Notes: a model not told the origin generated them from the sequence alone. DNA of 63,915 bases, filler included, from Octopus bimaculoides (GCF_001194135.2; 7 parts of 7 records of this genome joined end to end with filler, not necessarily neighbours in it); one strand, 5' to 3'; counted from the whole stretch's first letter, positions 1 to 14,404 are shown. Numbers and translations are program-made.

Positions 1-24
1 ATATATATATATACACATACACAC

Positions 25-181
25 GAGCGGCTTCTATCAGTTTCCACCTACCAAATCCACTTACAAGGCTTTGGTCGGCTCAAGGCTATAGTAGAAGACA
101 CTTGCCCAAGGTGCCATGCAATGGGACTGAACCCGGAACCATGCGGTTCGTAAGCAACCTACTTACCACACGGCCACTCCT
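25..181 (-). mobile_element. tRNA-derived SINE, type 1 (OK-like octopus SINE)
   Basis: Minus strand reads GGAGTGGCCGTGTGGTAAG (A box) ... GGTTCAGTCCC (B box) ... GGCACCTTGGGCAAGTGTC. Closely similar copies at 14645, 34541, 47791 and 61375. Confidence 0.85.
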
Positions 182-321
182 ACGCATATTTATGTATATA
201 AGTATATGTATGTATGTATTACATATGTGTGTGTGTGTGTTCATTTATATATGTATATGTATGTATATAAGTATATATATGTATGTACTACATGTGTGTG
301 TGTGTGTGTGTGTTCATTTAT

Positions 322-655
322 ATATGACAAAGAGGTTAACTATAGACGACTACATCGAAACTTCCAGCTTTTATGTCCAGATTACAAATTTACATTTTTA
401 TCAGTCATGATTGGTGCATTTGGTTTTGTATGTAATTGCCTGAGTGACAATCTGGATAAGCTAGGTTTTTCAGAAAAAGAAATCAACCAACTCGCACATT
501 GCAAATATATTCTGTAAGTAGAATAGTAAAAATATGCAAGACTTTTCTCAGGTTTAAAATGTGACATCGCTCTTGTTATCTGTATTCCAATGATGGGATT
601 TTCTATCTTTGTTAAAAACCAGCTCTTTCCTCAGAAGAAGAATTTGAATAATTAA
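322..655 (+). mobile_element. 3' relic of an RLE-type (R4/R2-like) non-LTR retrotransposon
   Basis: Frame KEVNYRRLHRNFQLLCPDYKFTFLSVMIGAFGFV resembles the end of an RLE domain (K..Y..L ... IIGALG). A second, independent copy lies at 18283-18715 on the minus strand. Confidence 0.65.
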
Positions 656-919
656 AAACAGAATAGAACGCACATGCATACATACATACATACATTCATA
701 CAAACATCCATCCATCCATACATACATACATACGTACATACATACATATGCGCGTGTGAGTGTAGTGATAGGCAACTAAGCTAACACTGTGATACGGCGG
801 TTTAATTTGCATATTTGTGATTTAGACGACTCCACCGTAAGTAATATACATTTTCTGCAGAGCACAGCTTGAATCAATAGTTCTAACATAAATTTCAGTA
901 TTAGAAACCCATTTGCTGC

Positions 920-920
<1 letters not shown>

Positions 921-985
<65 letters not shown>
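921..985. repeat. (CA)n microsatellite
   Basis: Near-perfect run of about 30 units seen directly. Confidence 0.98.
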
Positions 986-1829
986 AACACACGCACAGGC
1001 TCACACATAATATATATGTATATGTATAAACACACATAATTTGTGTATGAAGTTTTATGCGAAAATTCGAAAACACTCGAAATATGAAGAATCCACAATC
1101 CATACGGCAAGTAAAATAAATAAATGAGTAAATATATAAATTAATAAATGCGAATGACGTTGACTGCGCAATGAGAGAATTTGTGTCATTGTTGTGGTCA
1201 AAGAATTACTGAGGAGAAACGAACAAATTTCACATGTGAGATAATTTTGCCAGCATATTAAATTCCTTCTCTATTGAATGAAAATTGTAATGAAGTCTCA
1301 TAAACAAACAAATAAAACAGAAATCTTTGGACGTAATAGATATGATGAGAAAAAAAATATACAATTGTAATATTTTCAAAATGGAGGCTGGTTGCATCCT
1401 TTGTTCACGCCTCTTTTCATTTCTCTTTTTCTTTTGTAAGTGTAATAACGTGTTAATGGTGTGTGTGTGTGTGTGTGTGTGTGTGACTGTTTGTATGTTA
1501 AGTGTGCGTGTATCTGTACACACACACACACGCGCGCACACAGATAAACGCATACTTAATAGACAATCATAAACAAACTGTCACAAACAATGACTTATAT
1601 GTATATATACACATATATATATTTACACACATACTCACCAACACACACACACACGCGTGTATGTATTATATACATAAATATATGTATGTATATATACTCA
1701 CGCGTATATATATTACAGACTATTTATGAATGCGCGTGCGCGCGTGTATGCGTGTGTATACAAACATAGATATATATATTCTTCTACATATATGTGTAAT
1801 AATACGAATATGTGCTTACGCACGCGCGC

Positions 1830-1879
<50 letters not shown>

Positions 1880-2789
1880 GTATGACTGTATAGTGCTGGG
1901 TGAGCGTATGAGTGAGAGAGAAAGGGAGGGAGAGAAGGAGGGGAGGAAATTTCGTTAAGTTTTGTTTCCGCTAAAGAATTTCATAAAAATAAAATTCTAT
2001 TCAGTTTTGGTATTGAAGTGTGACGTAAACATATCGCGAAAATTGTTGCGGTTTATAAGCAATAAAATTAACAGCAATGACAACAACAACAACAACAACA
2101 ACAACAACAGCCATAACAGACGCATCAATATCGCCACTATCAGCATTAACAACAACAAACAAAAACATAAACGATGTCAAAAAATTAAGCAATAAGAACA
2201 AACAAAAAAATGGTATTGCTGCTGCTGACAATGGTGATGTTACTGATAGTGATTATTCCGCTGATGTAAAGCACCGTTTGTAACATTTTTGGTATTGTTC
2301 TTAAGAGTGATGACAATTCTTTTGTTTCAGACATTTGACTGCGGCCATGGAAATATTTTTGAAATTGATACGAAGTTTTAGGAAACTGAACTGACCCCAG
2401 TATATGACTGGATAGTATATGACTGGTTAGTATATGACCCTTTGTCGAGCTTCAGCGATGAATCATTTGGTGTTGTAATCTGTTTCTTGTTCGTCTCTAA
2501 TGTTCTTTCTCAATCATTCTTTTCCCTCGACCATCCTGGAATTCTAGACTCACAAACCCAAAAATAAAGAAAAGAAAAATTTGTACATCCTCATTAACAG
2601 ACAAAATGACTATGTAATGCACACACAGAGACATACACACACGCACACGCAAACATACATTGAAAATATGGAAGTATATACACTCTCACACACATACACG
2701 CACACACACACATACACGCACACTCACACACACACACACACATATATATATACACACACAGATAAAAAATAGACAGACAGACAGACAGA

Positions 2790-2896
2790 CAAATACATAT
2801 ACATACATACATACATACATACATTCATACATACATACATACATACATTCATACATACATACATACATACATACATACATACATACATACATACAT
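2790..2896. repeat. (TACA)n microsatellite
   Basis: Seen directly; explains the HTYI/MYVC pseudo-ORFs here. Confidence 0.97.
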
Positions 2897-3784
2897 AAAC
2901 GCATCCATAAAACAAACATAAAAATCTGCGCATACACTAATACCAAATACTGCACACACACACATATGCACAAATACCTAGATGATGTTGCAAAAAGTTC
3001 CAATGAAGGAGCCTTGAATCTATGTTAGAGTCCGGCTCTTTCTCTATTGACAAGAAATACAGAAATGGAACTGATTGATATACATACATACATACATACA
3101 TACATACATACACGTTCACAAAGAAATTTCGATTAAAACTATTGATGAATTCAATCGCCTGCTAAAGTCTTAAGCCTCATCGAAGGGGTGTGCAACCTGC
3201 TTTCAGAACCTCTGATTTAATCACTCAAGTTGTGCAACCATTAGATGGGGATCAAATTTCTAGCACCACTCATTTGGTGTCAAATTAGATATTTCCTCCA
3301 ATGTATACCAATGAGTATGTGTGGACATTATTGCTCCTACATGGCTACATTTGAATTAAAAATTAAAGAGAAATACCACCAAGGTTAAGTTAAACTACCA
3401 GTCAAATACTTAGAGCGATACTATCCACTAATCCCTTGTCCTAATAACCTCGGCTTTGCGTAACGAATTCGCATTGTCGTTAGAGCGCTGGACAAATACT
3501 TTTTGGCTGATATTGTTTCGTCACTTCATGTTTCCAGTTCACATCGATTCAATATCAACATTGTTTTTCATTTTTCTGAGGTCGATAAAATGAAATACCG
3601 ACTCAGGACAATAAATTGGTGGAAATGATTAAATGATTGCCTTGTGGCATTACTTCTCAATCTCCCGCTTCATAAGCTCTCCTGTGACACATGTTGATCA
3701 CAAGATATTCTTGCTGTGCAACATACGTAAATTACAACATACGTAACATACGTAAATTACATTCATTTATTTTTTCATTCCTCT

Positions 3785-3985
3785 ACTTGCTTCAGCCGGA
3801 TGACTGTGGCCATGCTGGAGCACCACCTCGAAGGATTTTAGTCAGACAAACAGACCCGAAGATTTGATTTTTTTTAACCAAGTACTTATTTTACCTGTCT
3901 CTTTTGCTGAACCGTTAAGTTACAGGGACATAAACACAATACCGATTGTCAAGTGGGGATGGGGGTACAAAACACACACGCACAC
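3785..3985 (-). mobile_element. Distal module of the composite type-1 SINE (orphan, diverged)
   Basis: TTGCTTCAG..TGACTGTGGCCATGCTGGAGCACC...CTCTTTTGCTGAACCGTTAAGTTACAGGGAC; same module at 14405, 20178, 34425 and 61160. Confidence 0.75.
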
Positions 3986-4659
3986 ATACATTTTAATATA
4001 TAAAGTAGAGTTTGTGTGTGTGTGTGTGTGTTCCATATAGATTCGATAACTGAGTTAGTGATTTGAGGTATCAAAAGATTCAGTAATCTTTCGACTACCA
4101 AATAAAGTATGTTTTTTGCACAATAACTCTTTTTTACTACAAAAATAACCTCGAAAATGAAGTCGAGTCTCCCAATTTTCAGGTCTTTAGCTAAGGGAGG
4201 CAACTCTGCATGAACAATCTTTATGTCTTACATAGAGCATAATGAGAAAATATTTAAAATACATGGAGTTTTACCTGGGAATGAAACTTCGAAGATATAC
4301 CGTCAACTTTATTAATATTATTTAGTAGAAAATCTTCTAATGTGAAGTGTATTTGTCTGTGTCATGGTTAGCCCAAAGTTGCCTCTGAGGTAGCAAACCC
4401 ATCGCATACCTCTTTATTTTTTCTTCCTGAAATTCTGTAAATAGCGAAAACCGGTTGCATAACACGACATCTATAAAATATGTATATATCAAAAAAAATT
4501 CTTTATAAAAAGATATTAAACTATGTGAAACGAAGGCATTTCTCTTCCACTTTTTATATATGTTTTCCAGATACTTTCAATTCATAATTTTGCCACGTGG
4601 TGTATAACTGAATCTCCAGTATTTTTGTTCCTTTTATATTTTTATATTTTTATATTTTT

Positions 4660-4714
<55 letters not shown>

Positions 4715-4734
4715 TGACGTAAGAGAAGCGAACG

Positions 4735-6445
4735 AAGTTGATTCCCAACATAAAATCTCAGACATAACCTTCACTGCTTCAGGCATCATAGCAGCAATAA
4801 AAGAGGTCAAATACTATTCTGCTGTAGGCCCTGATAGATTCCCCGCAAGTCTCCTGAAGGAATGTAGACACCATCTTGCAGTCTCTCTGACCAAACTCTG
4901 AAGAAATTCTTTAGACTCAGATTGTATACCGAAACAACTCCTATCCCAGTCTGTCATCCCGGTTTTCAAACAGGGAAACAGATCCCTCGCAGTCAACTAT
5001 CACCCATTCCCACTTACCTCCCACATCATTAAAGTGTTTGAAAAGATGGTAAGATCAAGGATAGCTGACTGCCTGGAGACCCACAACTCTTAAATGCAAA
5101 CCAGCATGGCTTTCGCTGTGGCAGGGACTGTCTAACACAGATCTTACACCATATTGAAGATATACTTAAAGCCTTGGGAACAGGTTTGAACGCTGATGTC
5201 ATATCTCTTGTCTTCAGTAAAGCGTTCGACAGGGTTGAATATAATATCTTATTCACAAAACTGGCAAATGTTGGAATCCGTGGAAAACTTCTACACTGGA
5301 TTAAGTATTTCCTGGAGAATAGAACACAAGAAGTTGTGGTCGATGGAGTCCACTCAAGCCCAGCAAAAGTCACCAGTGGTGTCCCTCAGGGGACTGTCTT
5401 GGGACCGCTCCTCTTTATAATTTATATAAATGACCTTTCCAGCATCGTAAATCACTGCAAAGTGAAAATATCTGCTGATGACACTAAGCTCCAGCAAATC
5501 ATCAAAGAAGAAGAAGACCGAACCCAACTCCAGACTGATCTATATGCTGTGAGTCAATGGGCAGACAAAAACAAAATGAAACTGAACGAGGGAAAATTTG
5601 AGCTAATGCATTTTGGAAGAAAGTCCATACTAAAACAGCCATACTCTCTTCCTTCAGGAGAACCGCTCACGGCAACCAATAATATCAGAGATCTGGGTGT
5701 AATTGTTGACAACAATCTCAATTGGAATGCACACATCAACAATATGGTCAATATAGCTCGTAGGATGAGCTCCTGGATGTTAAGAACCTTCCGGTCTAGA
5801 GAACAAGGTGTCATCATTCCACTTTTCTCCTCTTTTGTACAGCCACACCTCGAATACTGCTGCCCCTTGTGGTCTCCCCATACAAAACAAAACATTCTCA
5901 AGGATTGAATCACCCCAGAGGGTACTCACTAAACGAATTGAAGGCATGACTGATCTTGATTACTGAGACCGCTTTAAAGCCTAGAAGCTCTACTCTCTCC
6001 AGCGTCACCCCGAGCGGTACATCATCTGTACAATGTGGAAAATATACAGCCAGCATTGCCCAAACGATCTGAACATTAGTTTCAACGTTCATCCAAGGCT
6101 GGGACCACGGGCCATAGTCCCCTGCCCACTTCAGGATCACAACATATTGGTACACTGCGGCATAATTTCTTTTCCTCAACAAGCCCTGCCCTGTTTAACA
6201 TTGTCCCGAAACAGATAAAAGAAAAAACAGATCCTATCAGCTTTAAACGGAGTATAGACAGATTTCTTCAAGGAATACCAGACAAACCACCCATACCTGG
6301 ATACAACTCACTCAATAAGAACTCACTACTTGAATGGACCATAAACAAAACTTGACTGTAAAAAGGATTTAGATAATCCTATCAGTAGGTGCTATTAAGT
6401 TAGACATGGCTTGGACCAATCTTTGGTCGAAACATATCTAAGTTT
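4735..6445 (+). mobile_element. 5'-truncated CR1-group LINE (CR1/Crack-like), pseudogenised
   Basis: RT motifs across frames: SAVGPDRFP, YHPFPLTSHIIKVFEK, FSKAFDRV, GVPQGTVLGPLLFIIYIND, SADDTKL, RDLGVIVD, PHLEYCCPLWSP; frameshifts and stops; 3' UTR hairpin GACC-AATCTTT-GGTC. Confidence 0.92.
5174..5908 (+). pseudogene. Reverse transcriptase core fragment of the CR1-like LINE (YADD changed to SADD)
   Basis: 244-aa ORF containing the central RT motifs; interrupted upstream and downstream. Confidence 0.9.
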
Positions 6446-6489
6446 ATATNNNNNNNNNNNNNNNNNNNNNNNNNNNNNNNNNNATATAT

Positions 6490-6665
6490 ATTGACACTCT
6501 TCGAAACGCCTATGTTAGAATGGTGGCAGCTGATGAAGGAAAATGTTCTCTATGTGGCCTGTGTGTTTTCTGTACTCTGGTTATTATTATTTTTTGTCTA
6601 CGTTTTGTTTGCAACGTCCTGTACCCAGATATGCACCTATATATACAGGTAGATGTAGGTATGTA
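6490..6665 (+). mobile_element. Unclassified repeat fragment, possibly a Penelope-like terminal repeat
   Basis: Contains TTCGAAAC and an isolated CTGATGA (6530-6536) followed by a T-rich tail; family assignment is inference only. Confidence 0.3.
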
Positions 6666-8728
6666 CATACATGTACGTATATATGCATATACTCATTTAT
6701 TATTTGTTTTATATATATATATATATAAAGTTAAATTTTCTTATAAAGAATTTTTCAAGTATACTTCACAATATACCTGTATTTTAATTAATTCAAATTA
6801 ATGTACCTCATCTTGAAAAGAGGCAAAATTTTTGTTGGTTGCCATCTGAGATAATTTTAGTAACAAATCAAATCGGTAAGATGCATTAAGAATTTCAATT
6901 TTAGTGTTTATCCTTAATGTCATTGCTTTTAACCTATTAATTAAATTTACCCGCCCATGAATGTCAAATTTACTCGGCAAGATCAGCTAAAATTACATAA
7001 CTATAAACCAGTAATATACAAAGCACCCACTGAAAACATTTCGAATCTGTATGTAAAAAATTTACAAAGTTTCAAGCAAATATTGTGGACATCCCACTGA
7101 ATAATTCAAAATAACGTGAACAAAGAAGCATTTCACAAATTAATATGAATACTAACGACGTTTCTAGTTTTTTTTTGTTTTTTGTTTTTTCTTACACACA
7201 CATAACACAGTCTCGCTCAGTTGGGACTACGTGTGTGTTATTTCGACATGATCATTCCGTAAAATTTCTTTATGGAGAGAAAAATATTGAATAATATCAA
7301 TAGATGTGTGAGTGAGAAAGAAACGAGGAGGGAGGTTTGGAGATGTGCTAGAAAGATCTCCCTTAAATCACACATTTCCTCTGAAATTATTAACAGTTTC
7401 TTTTAACCGAAAATGTTTTTCTCACTGGTTTTAAGTGCGTTTGGAAAAAAGAAAAATCCAAAATTGTTTCGGACTGGGGTGGTGAAGAGGTGGCGAGAGT
7501 GAAAAAGGAATTTTCAAAATTTTCGAACTTTGTTTTCCTGAGATGCTGCCCATCATTCTGAAGACATTGATGAAAAACATTTAACTATTCCAAATACAGA
7601 AACGTAATGCTCACCCTCGTTAGGATCGTTTCTTTAGTGGTGAAATCCTACATGGTAATAATTTATAGATTTCACCCTAATACAACCGAATCTGTATAGT
7701 TTTTTGTATTTATTTTATTTACCTATTCATCTATTTATTTACCCCTGAATATTTAAATTTTGAACTCTCATCCGACATTTCGTATAAGCATCAAATTCTT
7801 AATCGATTCGAACAGACCCTTTTGGAAGCCCCCATCTCGAATTTTTATCTCTTTATTTGTCCATTCTGTACCTGAACCCAACATGTATCATGCACAGTTT
7901 TCACATATGACTTTTACATAAAATTTTATCTATAAATTTAAATGTATATTTATTTCGTTGTGCGTTTTAAATTACGCTTTGGAATTTGTATTGATTGCCT
8001 AAATGTGTTCCTTCTATAATTTCACTTATATATATAGCAATAAGAAAATAGAGGGGAATATGAGGTACTCATCAACTTGCAGACACAGTATTCCGTTGAT
8101 TAATCTGTTTATTTTCTAACCAAAATGACAATAAAGACAATATACAGACACTTATGACATACCGTGTTATATCAACAATTAAGATTTCAAATTTAATGGA
8201 CATCTAGCAATTGGAGAAGGGACATATATATATATTATATATATATATATATATNNNNNNNNNNNNNNNNNNNNNNNNNNNNNNNNNNNNNNNNNNNNTT
8301 AATTAATTAANNNNNNNNNNNNNNNNNNNNNNNNNNNNNNNNNNNNNNNNNNNNTATATATATATATATATATGGACGCAGACAAAATGCCTGATACAAG
8401 TAAAGGAATAAATATATACATATACGTGTGAGAGACAAGACAGTGAAAGGCAAAGAACGAGAGAGGAAGAGGTATTGGATGGAGATACAAAGGCAGACTG
8501 TATGTACCCTACACCTCCTTAGAGAACAACAAATGCTTTCCCAATTACAGCTCTTTCAATTAAGTACCATGGCAAATATCCTTGGTAAATGCTTCAATAA
8601 CATAATACGTATTATTCCCACACCCAAAAATTTCAAACTGAAAGCGGAAATATGAAACGTGATGTCTTCTCGTTTGTTCTTTAGCGTTCTTTCACCGCCC
8701 TGTCTCCTATCTATTTCTTCGCCCCTGG

Positions 8729-8759
<31 letters not shown>

Positions 8760-8810
8760 TGTGAGTGTGTGTGTGTATTTATTAACACACACACACATAC
8801 ACACACACAT

Positions 8811-8860
<50 letters not shown>

Positions 8861-9074
8861 CACACATATACACAAACTCGTACATATAGAGCCATGCGAA
8901 AATACATCTATGCATATTTGTTGCCAGAAAACATTTACAAATATATAGGAAATACTATATTTGTAAATCTATATATTTTAGACACAGACATACATACACA
9001 CATTTACATATACATCGTAAGCATTTTAATGTAATAAACATAATAACAATAACCCGACTGACATATTGTTTTAA

Positions 9075-9271
9075 AATTTTGGTATAGCGCCAGCAAGTTC
9101 GGGGAAGTCGGGCAAGTTGATTACTTCGATCACCTCCCAAGGGCTGAACAGGTACTTATTTTATCGATCCCAAAATCATGAAAGGTTGATTTGAACTTAG
9201 AGTGTAAAGCCAGATAAAATGTCGTATAGCTTTTGCCCGGTGTGTTAACGGTTCTCCTAGCACGCTGTCTT
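9075..9271 (-). mobile_element. Diverged tRNA-derived SINE, type 2 (OR-like)
   Basis: GGTACTTATTTTATCGATCCC...TGAAAGGT...TTTGAACTTAG matches the better copies at 50815-51039 and 59745-59965. Confidence 0.7.
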
Positions 9272-11484
9272 TATAATTCAATAGTAATATATTTTTTGTA
9301 TTTTAGAAACGAAACCTAATGAAGTAGATAACAGCATTACANNNNNNNNNNNNNNNNNNNNNNNNNNNNNNNNNNNNNNNNNNNNNNNNNNNNNNNNNNN
9401 NNNNNNNNNNNNNNNNNNNNNNNNNNNNNNNNNNNNNNNNNNNNNNNNNNNNNNNNNNNNNNNNNNNNNNNNNNNNNNNNNNNNNNNNNNNNNNNNNNNN
9501 NNNNNNNNNNNNNNNNNNNNNNNNNNNNNNNNNNNNNNNNNNNNNNNNNNNNNNNNNNNNNNNNNNNNNNNNNNNNNNNNNNNNNNNNNNNNNNNNNNNN
9601 NNNNNNNNNNNNNNNNNNNNNNNNNNNNNNNNNNNNNNNNNNNNNNNNNNNNNNNNNNNNNNNNNNNNNNNNNNNNNNNNNNNNNNNNNNNNNNNNNNNN
9701 NNNNNNNNNNNNNNNNNNNNNNNNNNNNNNNNNNNNNNNNNNNNNNNNNNNNNNNNNNNNNNNNNNNNNNNNNNNNNNNNNNNNNNNNNNNNNNNNNNNN
9801 NNNNNNNNNNNNNNNNNNNNNNNNNNNNNNNNNNNNNNNNNNNNNNNNNNNNNNNNNNNNNNNNNNNNNNNNNNNNNNNNNNNNNNNNNNNNNNNNNNNN
9901 NNNNNNNNNNNNNNNNNNNNNNNNNNNNNNNNNNNNNNNNNNNNNNNNNNNNNNNNNNNNNNNNNNNNNNNNNNNNNNNNNNNNNNNNNNNNNNNNNNNN
10001 NNNNNNNNNNNNNNNNNNNNNNNNNNNNNNNNNNNNNNNNNNNNNNNNNNNNNNNNNNNNNNNNNNNNNNNNNNNNNNNNNNNNNNNNNNNNNNNNNNNN
10101 NNNNNNNNNNNNNNNNNNNNNNNNNNNNNNNNNNNNNNNNNNNNNNNNNNNNATATATATATATATATATATATATAGTTATTGACTTTGTGATATGTAT
10201 AAAAAGAAATTTCAAGTCTAGAAAACAAAACATAATATACGTCTTAGTATACGTAAGGAGTATTCGAACAGTCGCCAAATTGATAATGGAAAGGTGTCTT
10301 AGCTGCCAAAAGCGTAAACTTCCGGCTCCGGCGCAGACTTCAAGAAGAATCCGTTAATATAACAATGTTGTAAGAAGAGTTTTGCTATAAACATGCTTAG
10401 TTGATAGAGTTCTTGATAATTGCAGCATCATGTTGTAATAATATATTTATAGTATCCGAACAAAACAGATGCAACGACCGTTATTGATTAAGTAAATCTC
10501 TTAGCTTTATTACCATTTTTCCTTGTTAGTTTGTTTATTTACTTTTTTTTTGCATTTCCTTTATGATTGCCACTCACGTTCGCATCTTTCAAGTTTTATC
10601 ATAGTGGTTATCGATTTGTCTCTGTCAATATATTTTTGTTGTTGTTGTTGTTATTTGCTCATTACTTCGAGATATGGTTAAGGACAATAACCGAGTAGAT
10701 TGTAGGACATTGTTTATACTTAAGTTGCTTTAAAGGTCAGGATTTCGTATTTACTCTCATTCCTTCTTTTTTTCCATTCTTTAATCAAGATATTTAACTT
10801 TTCTGTAATCTACCATGAGAAGCATTTACATAACATGACTTTTCAAGAATCAAGGAACGACTCATTAGTATTTTTGCTTCGAGTGTAAAGTTTTCTTCAG
10901 TTATAAGAAACTATAACTACTTGTTTTATTCTTTTAATGGCATAATAAGAAGACTTACGAAGGAGTGGATCGTCACGTGGTGCTGTTAAACCGGGTGAAA
11001 TATTAAATGTAACAACGAAGAATGTATACAGTCTTTTCTCATGCACAGACTTCCACGGAAATCACGAAGGCGCAAACTTTCGAAAATACATTCACAGCAA
11101 CCACGAAATACATAAAAGGAACCAGCGATGGAGCCTCTATTTAGTCCTTTGAGTTGCCTGAAATAGTAGCTAATAACACCCTACTGTTTCATATAAAGAT
11201 AAATTACACAAGGTTGTCCCAGATAAACAAAGTAGGCTGGTTGCAGCAGGTTAGTCTTTCATCAATCAGCAACAGTTTCCGTCCCCGTGAATGCACACAC
11301 GAGTTATAAACGAGTGAAGAACGAATGTGTAGTGCCCATGTTTATTTGGTTAAAAAAAATGACCATCCCGAAATATAACAATACAACAATATCTGTTTCA
11401 ACGCACCGTTACACACCAATAATCTTGCAACACAAAGTCACAAACATTTATATATATATATAAAAGAACGTTGCACAAGTAATG

Positions 11485-11700
11485 TATTAATATGACGCTC
11501 GAAAACGGAAAAGAGTAGCTGTTTTAAGTTTCGAGCATAGCCTCGCTTCGGAAACGGGAAAAAACAGGATATTCCAAGAAGGAGGGGAAAAATCGTCATT
11601 ATTCCACGTGCGGTTACATTTCTGTAGTGACCGGAAGTAGAAGGTGAAACCGAAAGTGCTTTCTGGCACAGGAGAGTGTGAAGATGATCGGTAAGTGTGT
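11485..11700 (-). mobile_element. Penelope-like terminal repeat relic with a degenerate hammerhead motif
   Basis: Minus strand 11555-11521 reads GTTT-CCGAAGC-GAGGC TAT GCTC-GAAAC-TTA-AAAC, the minimal hammerhead layout with core mutations. Confidence 0.5.
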
Positions 11701-12056
11701 TTGTGTGTGTATCCTTGTGTGTGTGGTAGCGTGTGTGCCTCTCTCTGTCACTCTCTCTGTATATATATATATATNNNNNNNNNNNNNNNNNNNNNNNNNN
11801 NNNNNNNNNNNNNNNNNNNNNNNNNNNNNNNNNNNNNNNNNNNNNNNNNNNNNNNNNNNNNNNNNNNNNNNNNNNNNNNNNNNNNNNNNNNNNNNNNNNN
11901 NNNNNNNNNNNNNNNNNNNNNNNNNNNNNNNNNNNNNNNNNNNNNNNNNNNNNNNNNNNNNNNNNNNNNNNNNNNNNNNNNNNNNNNNNNNNNNNNNNNN
12001 NNNNNNNNNNNNNNNNNNNNNNNNNNNNNNNNNNNNNNNNNNNNNNNNNNNNNNNN

Positions 12057-12238
12057 GTATTTCGTCTGCTGCTACGTTCTGAGTTCAAATTCCGCCGAGG
12101 TTAACTTTGCCTTTCATCCTTTCGGGGTCGATTAAATAAGTACCAGTTATGCACTGGGGTCGATGTAATCGACTTAGTCTCTTTGTCTTTCCAATGTTTG
12201 TCCCCTCTATATTTAGCCCCTTGTGGGCAATAAAGAAT

Positions 12239-12240
<2 letters not shown>
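12057..12240 (+). mobile_element. SINE type 2 with tail B (5' end lost in gap)
   Basis: GTTCTGAGTTCAAATTCCGCCGAGG...GGGGTCGAT...AGCCCCTTGTGGGCAATAAAGAA. Confidence 0.88.
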
Positions 12241-12271
<31 letters not shown>

Positions 12272-12400
12272 ACGTATGCGCTTGTGGGGATGTGTGTGCG
12301 TTGTGTGTTTGTGTTGTGTGTATGGAGGGTTGCGTCTATGGAGATATACGGGCGTTCATGTGTGCGTGCGTATGTGTATATATGTATGAATGTATGTATG

Positions 12401-12470
<70 letters not shown>

Positions 12471-12520
12471 CATACACACACACGCACACACATACGCACA
12501 CACACACACACACACACACG

Positions 12521-12551
<31 letters not shown>

Positions 12552-14404
12552 GCATGTATGTATGTATGTAGACAGAAAACTCATTTATATTTCCATAGAT
12601 ATTTTTCGCAACTTCGAAGCAGATTATTTTAAAAGAGTGCGAATGAAGATTTTCGGAAACAAAGATTTCTTAAATAAAGACACAAAGCTTCATATTTAGA
12701 ATGTTTGACAAATGAGGATGTTCATGACTTTTCCAGAGCATTAGTTTAGGTAATTGAAGTCATTTGGTCTCAGAAACCATCCATAGCGCATTTCTCGAAA
12801 GTTATTGATTAACCTTTCAGAAAGAATGAATGAAATCAAGGCGAAACAAGGTTCGAAATTAACAATTTTAATTAATCAATGATTTACGTAGCAACAATAG
12901 TCTCGCCAAAATGTTCCAATGTCCAATTAATTAGCTTGGCTTTGATAGAATACCAGCAAATTTACTTTATAATGAAATCTGTCTGCCAATTTCATTCCGA
13001 CTGGCATAACTTCCATCTATTCAATTTATCCATCATTTTTGTTTCGTTGGCACATATTTGGCCATCGTAAAAAGTAAAGAAGTTTTGTTACCTCCTATCA
13101 ACAATATGTTGTATTTAAAAAATATATATAACAAGGCAAAAACAATGCCATTGTTTTAGAGATGTTCTACTATATCAGCTTGGAGGTCTGGTACTATTTC
13201 TTAGTCTGATATAAGGGAATCTTTCGTTTTGTAGGGTTTCTAACCCGACTTGAAAAACGAAAAGGTATTTTGCCGATGTATTCAAGTATGTATGCGTGCA
13301 TACATAAATTTCTGAAACGCAAGGAATAAAATAATATCTGCGTAAATTTGAAGTAGATATATACGTACATGTACGCACTGATATGCATTAACGTACTTAC
13401 ACACACTAACACACGCACACACACAGGCACATAATATATATATGCACAAGAAAAGGAAAGAGTTAGTGAGTGAGAAAGCAAGCTAATTATTGAGAAATAT
13501 GGACTCTGTACCTACTTATTCTATCATAATTATAAATTATTCTGTAATTAACTTCAGAAATTTCCCTTGTAGATGGGTTAAAATTTTATAGTATAAATCC
13601 AGCAATATAACAGCATTTATGATATAGTGAGCAGAAAGAGAGTGAAAGAATATACACTTGTACGAGCATTGCTCATATTCCAAATATCTGTCGTAATTAA
13701 TCAGAGGTCGATCTCTTGGAAATTTAAGACACTCTAGATCGGGATATCAGGAATAATTCCTACATAATAAATCAGAAATGCTTAGTAAAGATAGGCACTT
13801 GGTTTGATGTCTAGTGTTTAGGGATAACTAAAGAAACATTACAAGAGCTGGTGGCCTAATTGGTTTTCACGTAACGGAAGATGCTTTGGATTTTGGAGGC
13901 AAAATGTGTACGTGATGGTGAAACTAATGAAGCGGGTAAAGAAAGTTTCATTTGTGTGTTGTTGAATGCATGCAATGTTGAGTTATATGTTAAGCGAGTA
14001 AGTAACGCAGAAGCTTTCTCCGCGGTAGTACTATTAAGAGGAACATCATATTTGCCGAGTAGAGGTAAGAGAATTCTGAAAAGATATTAAAGATCCTTTG
14101 GCAAGGAGCCACATTGCCTAAAACATGCACCTTTAGTTTGAGAGGGAGAAGAGTTTTCAATAAGGAAGATCTTCTCAAACACGAAGGGAAACAATTTTTG
14201 GATGATAGTTTTTTTAGAGTTCTGGTAGTCGGTAGAAACTATCTACTTAGTAGACGTTAGTGATTTATTATATATATCCAAGCATATGTTTCATCACCGG
14301 CACGCTAGGGATAGTCAGCATACAACTGTTAGTTCATTTGATGTTCCAATGGAGGTCTCGGATTTATTTGAAATTGCAATCATTAGGCAGGATAAGCAGT
14401 TACT

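Noticed and set aside
6395-6435. GACC-AATCTTT-GGTC-GAAAC as a hammerhead
   Set aside because: No CUGANGA upstream; better read as the LINE 3' recognition stem-loop.
8299-8310. TTAATTAATTAA islands between N runs (also 34203, 38638, 48686, 59104, 62478)
   Set aside because: Identical 12-mer with stops in all frames, always flanked by N blocks: a scaffolding linker, not biology.
9278-10278. Long ORFs of 200-316 aa here and at 29645, 41283, 42086, 45910
   Set aside because: Made almost entirely of X from N gaps.
13800-14400. Strand-biased segment with short ORFs, possibly a LINE relic or exon
   Set aside because: No motif I can support in any frame; left unannotated.
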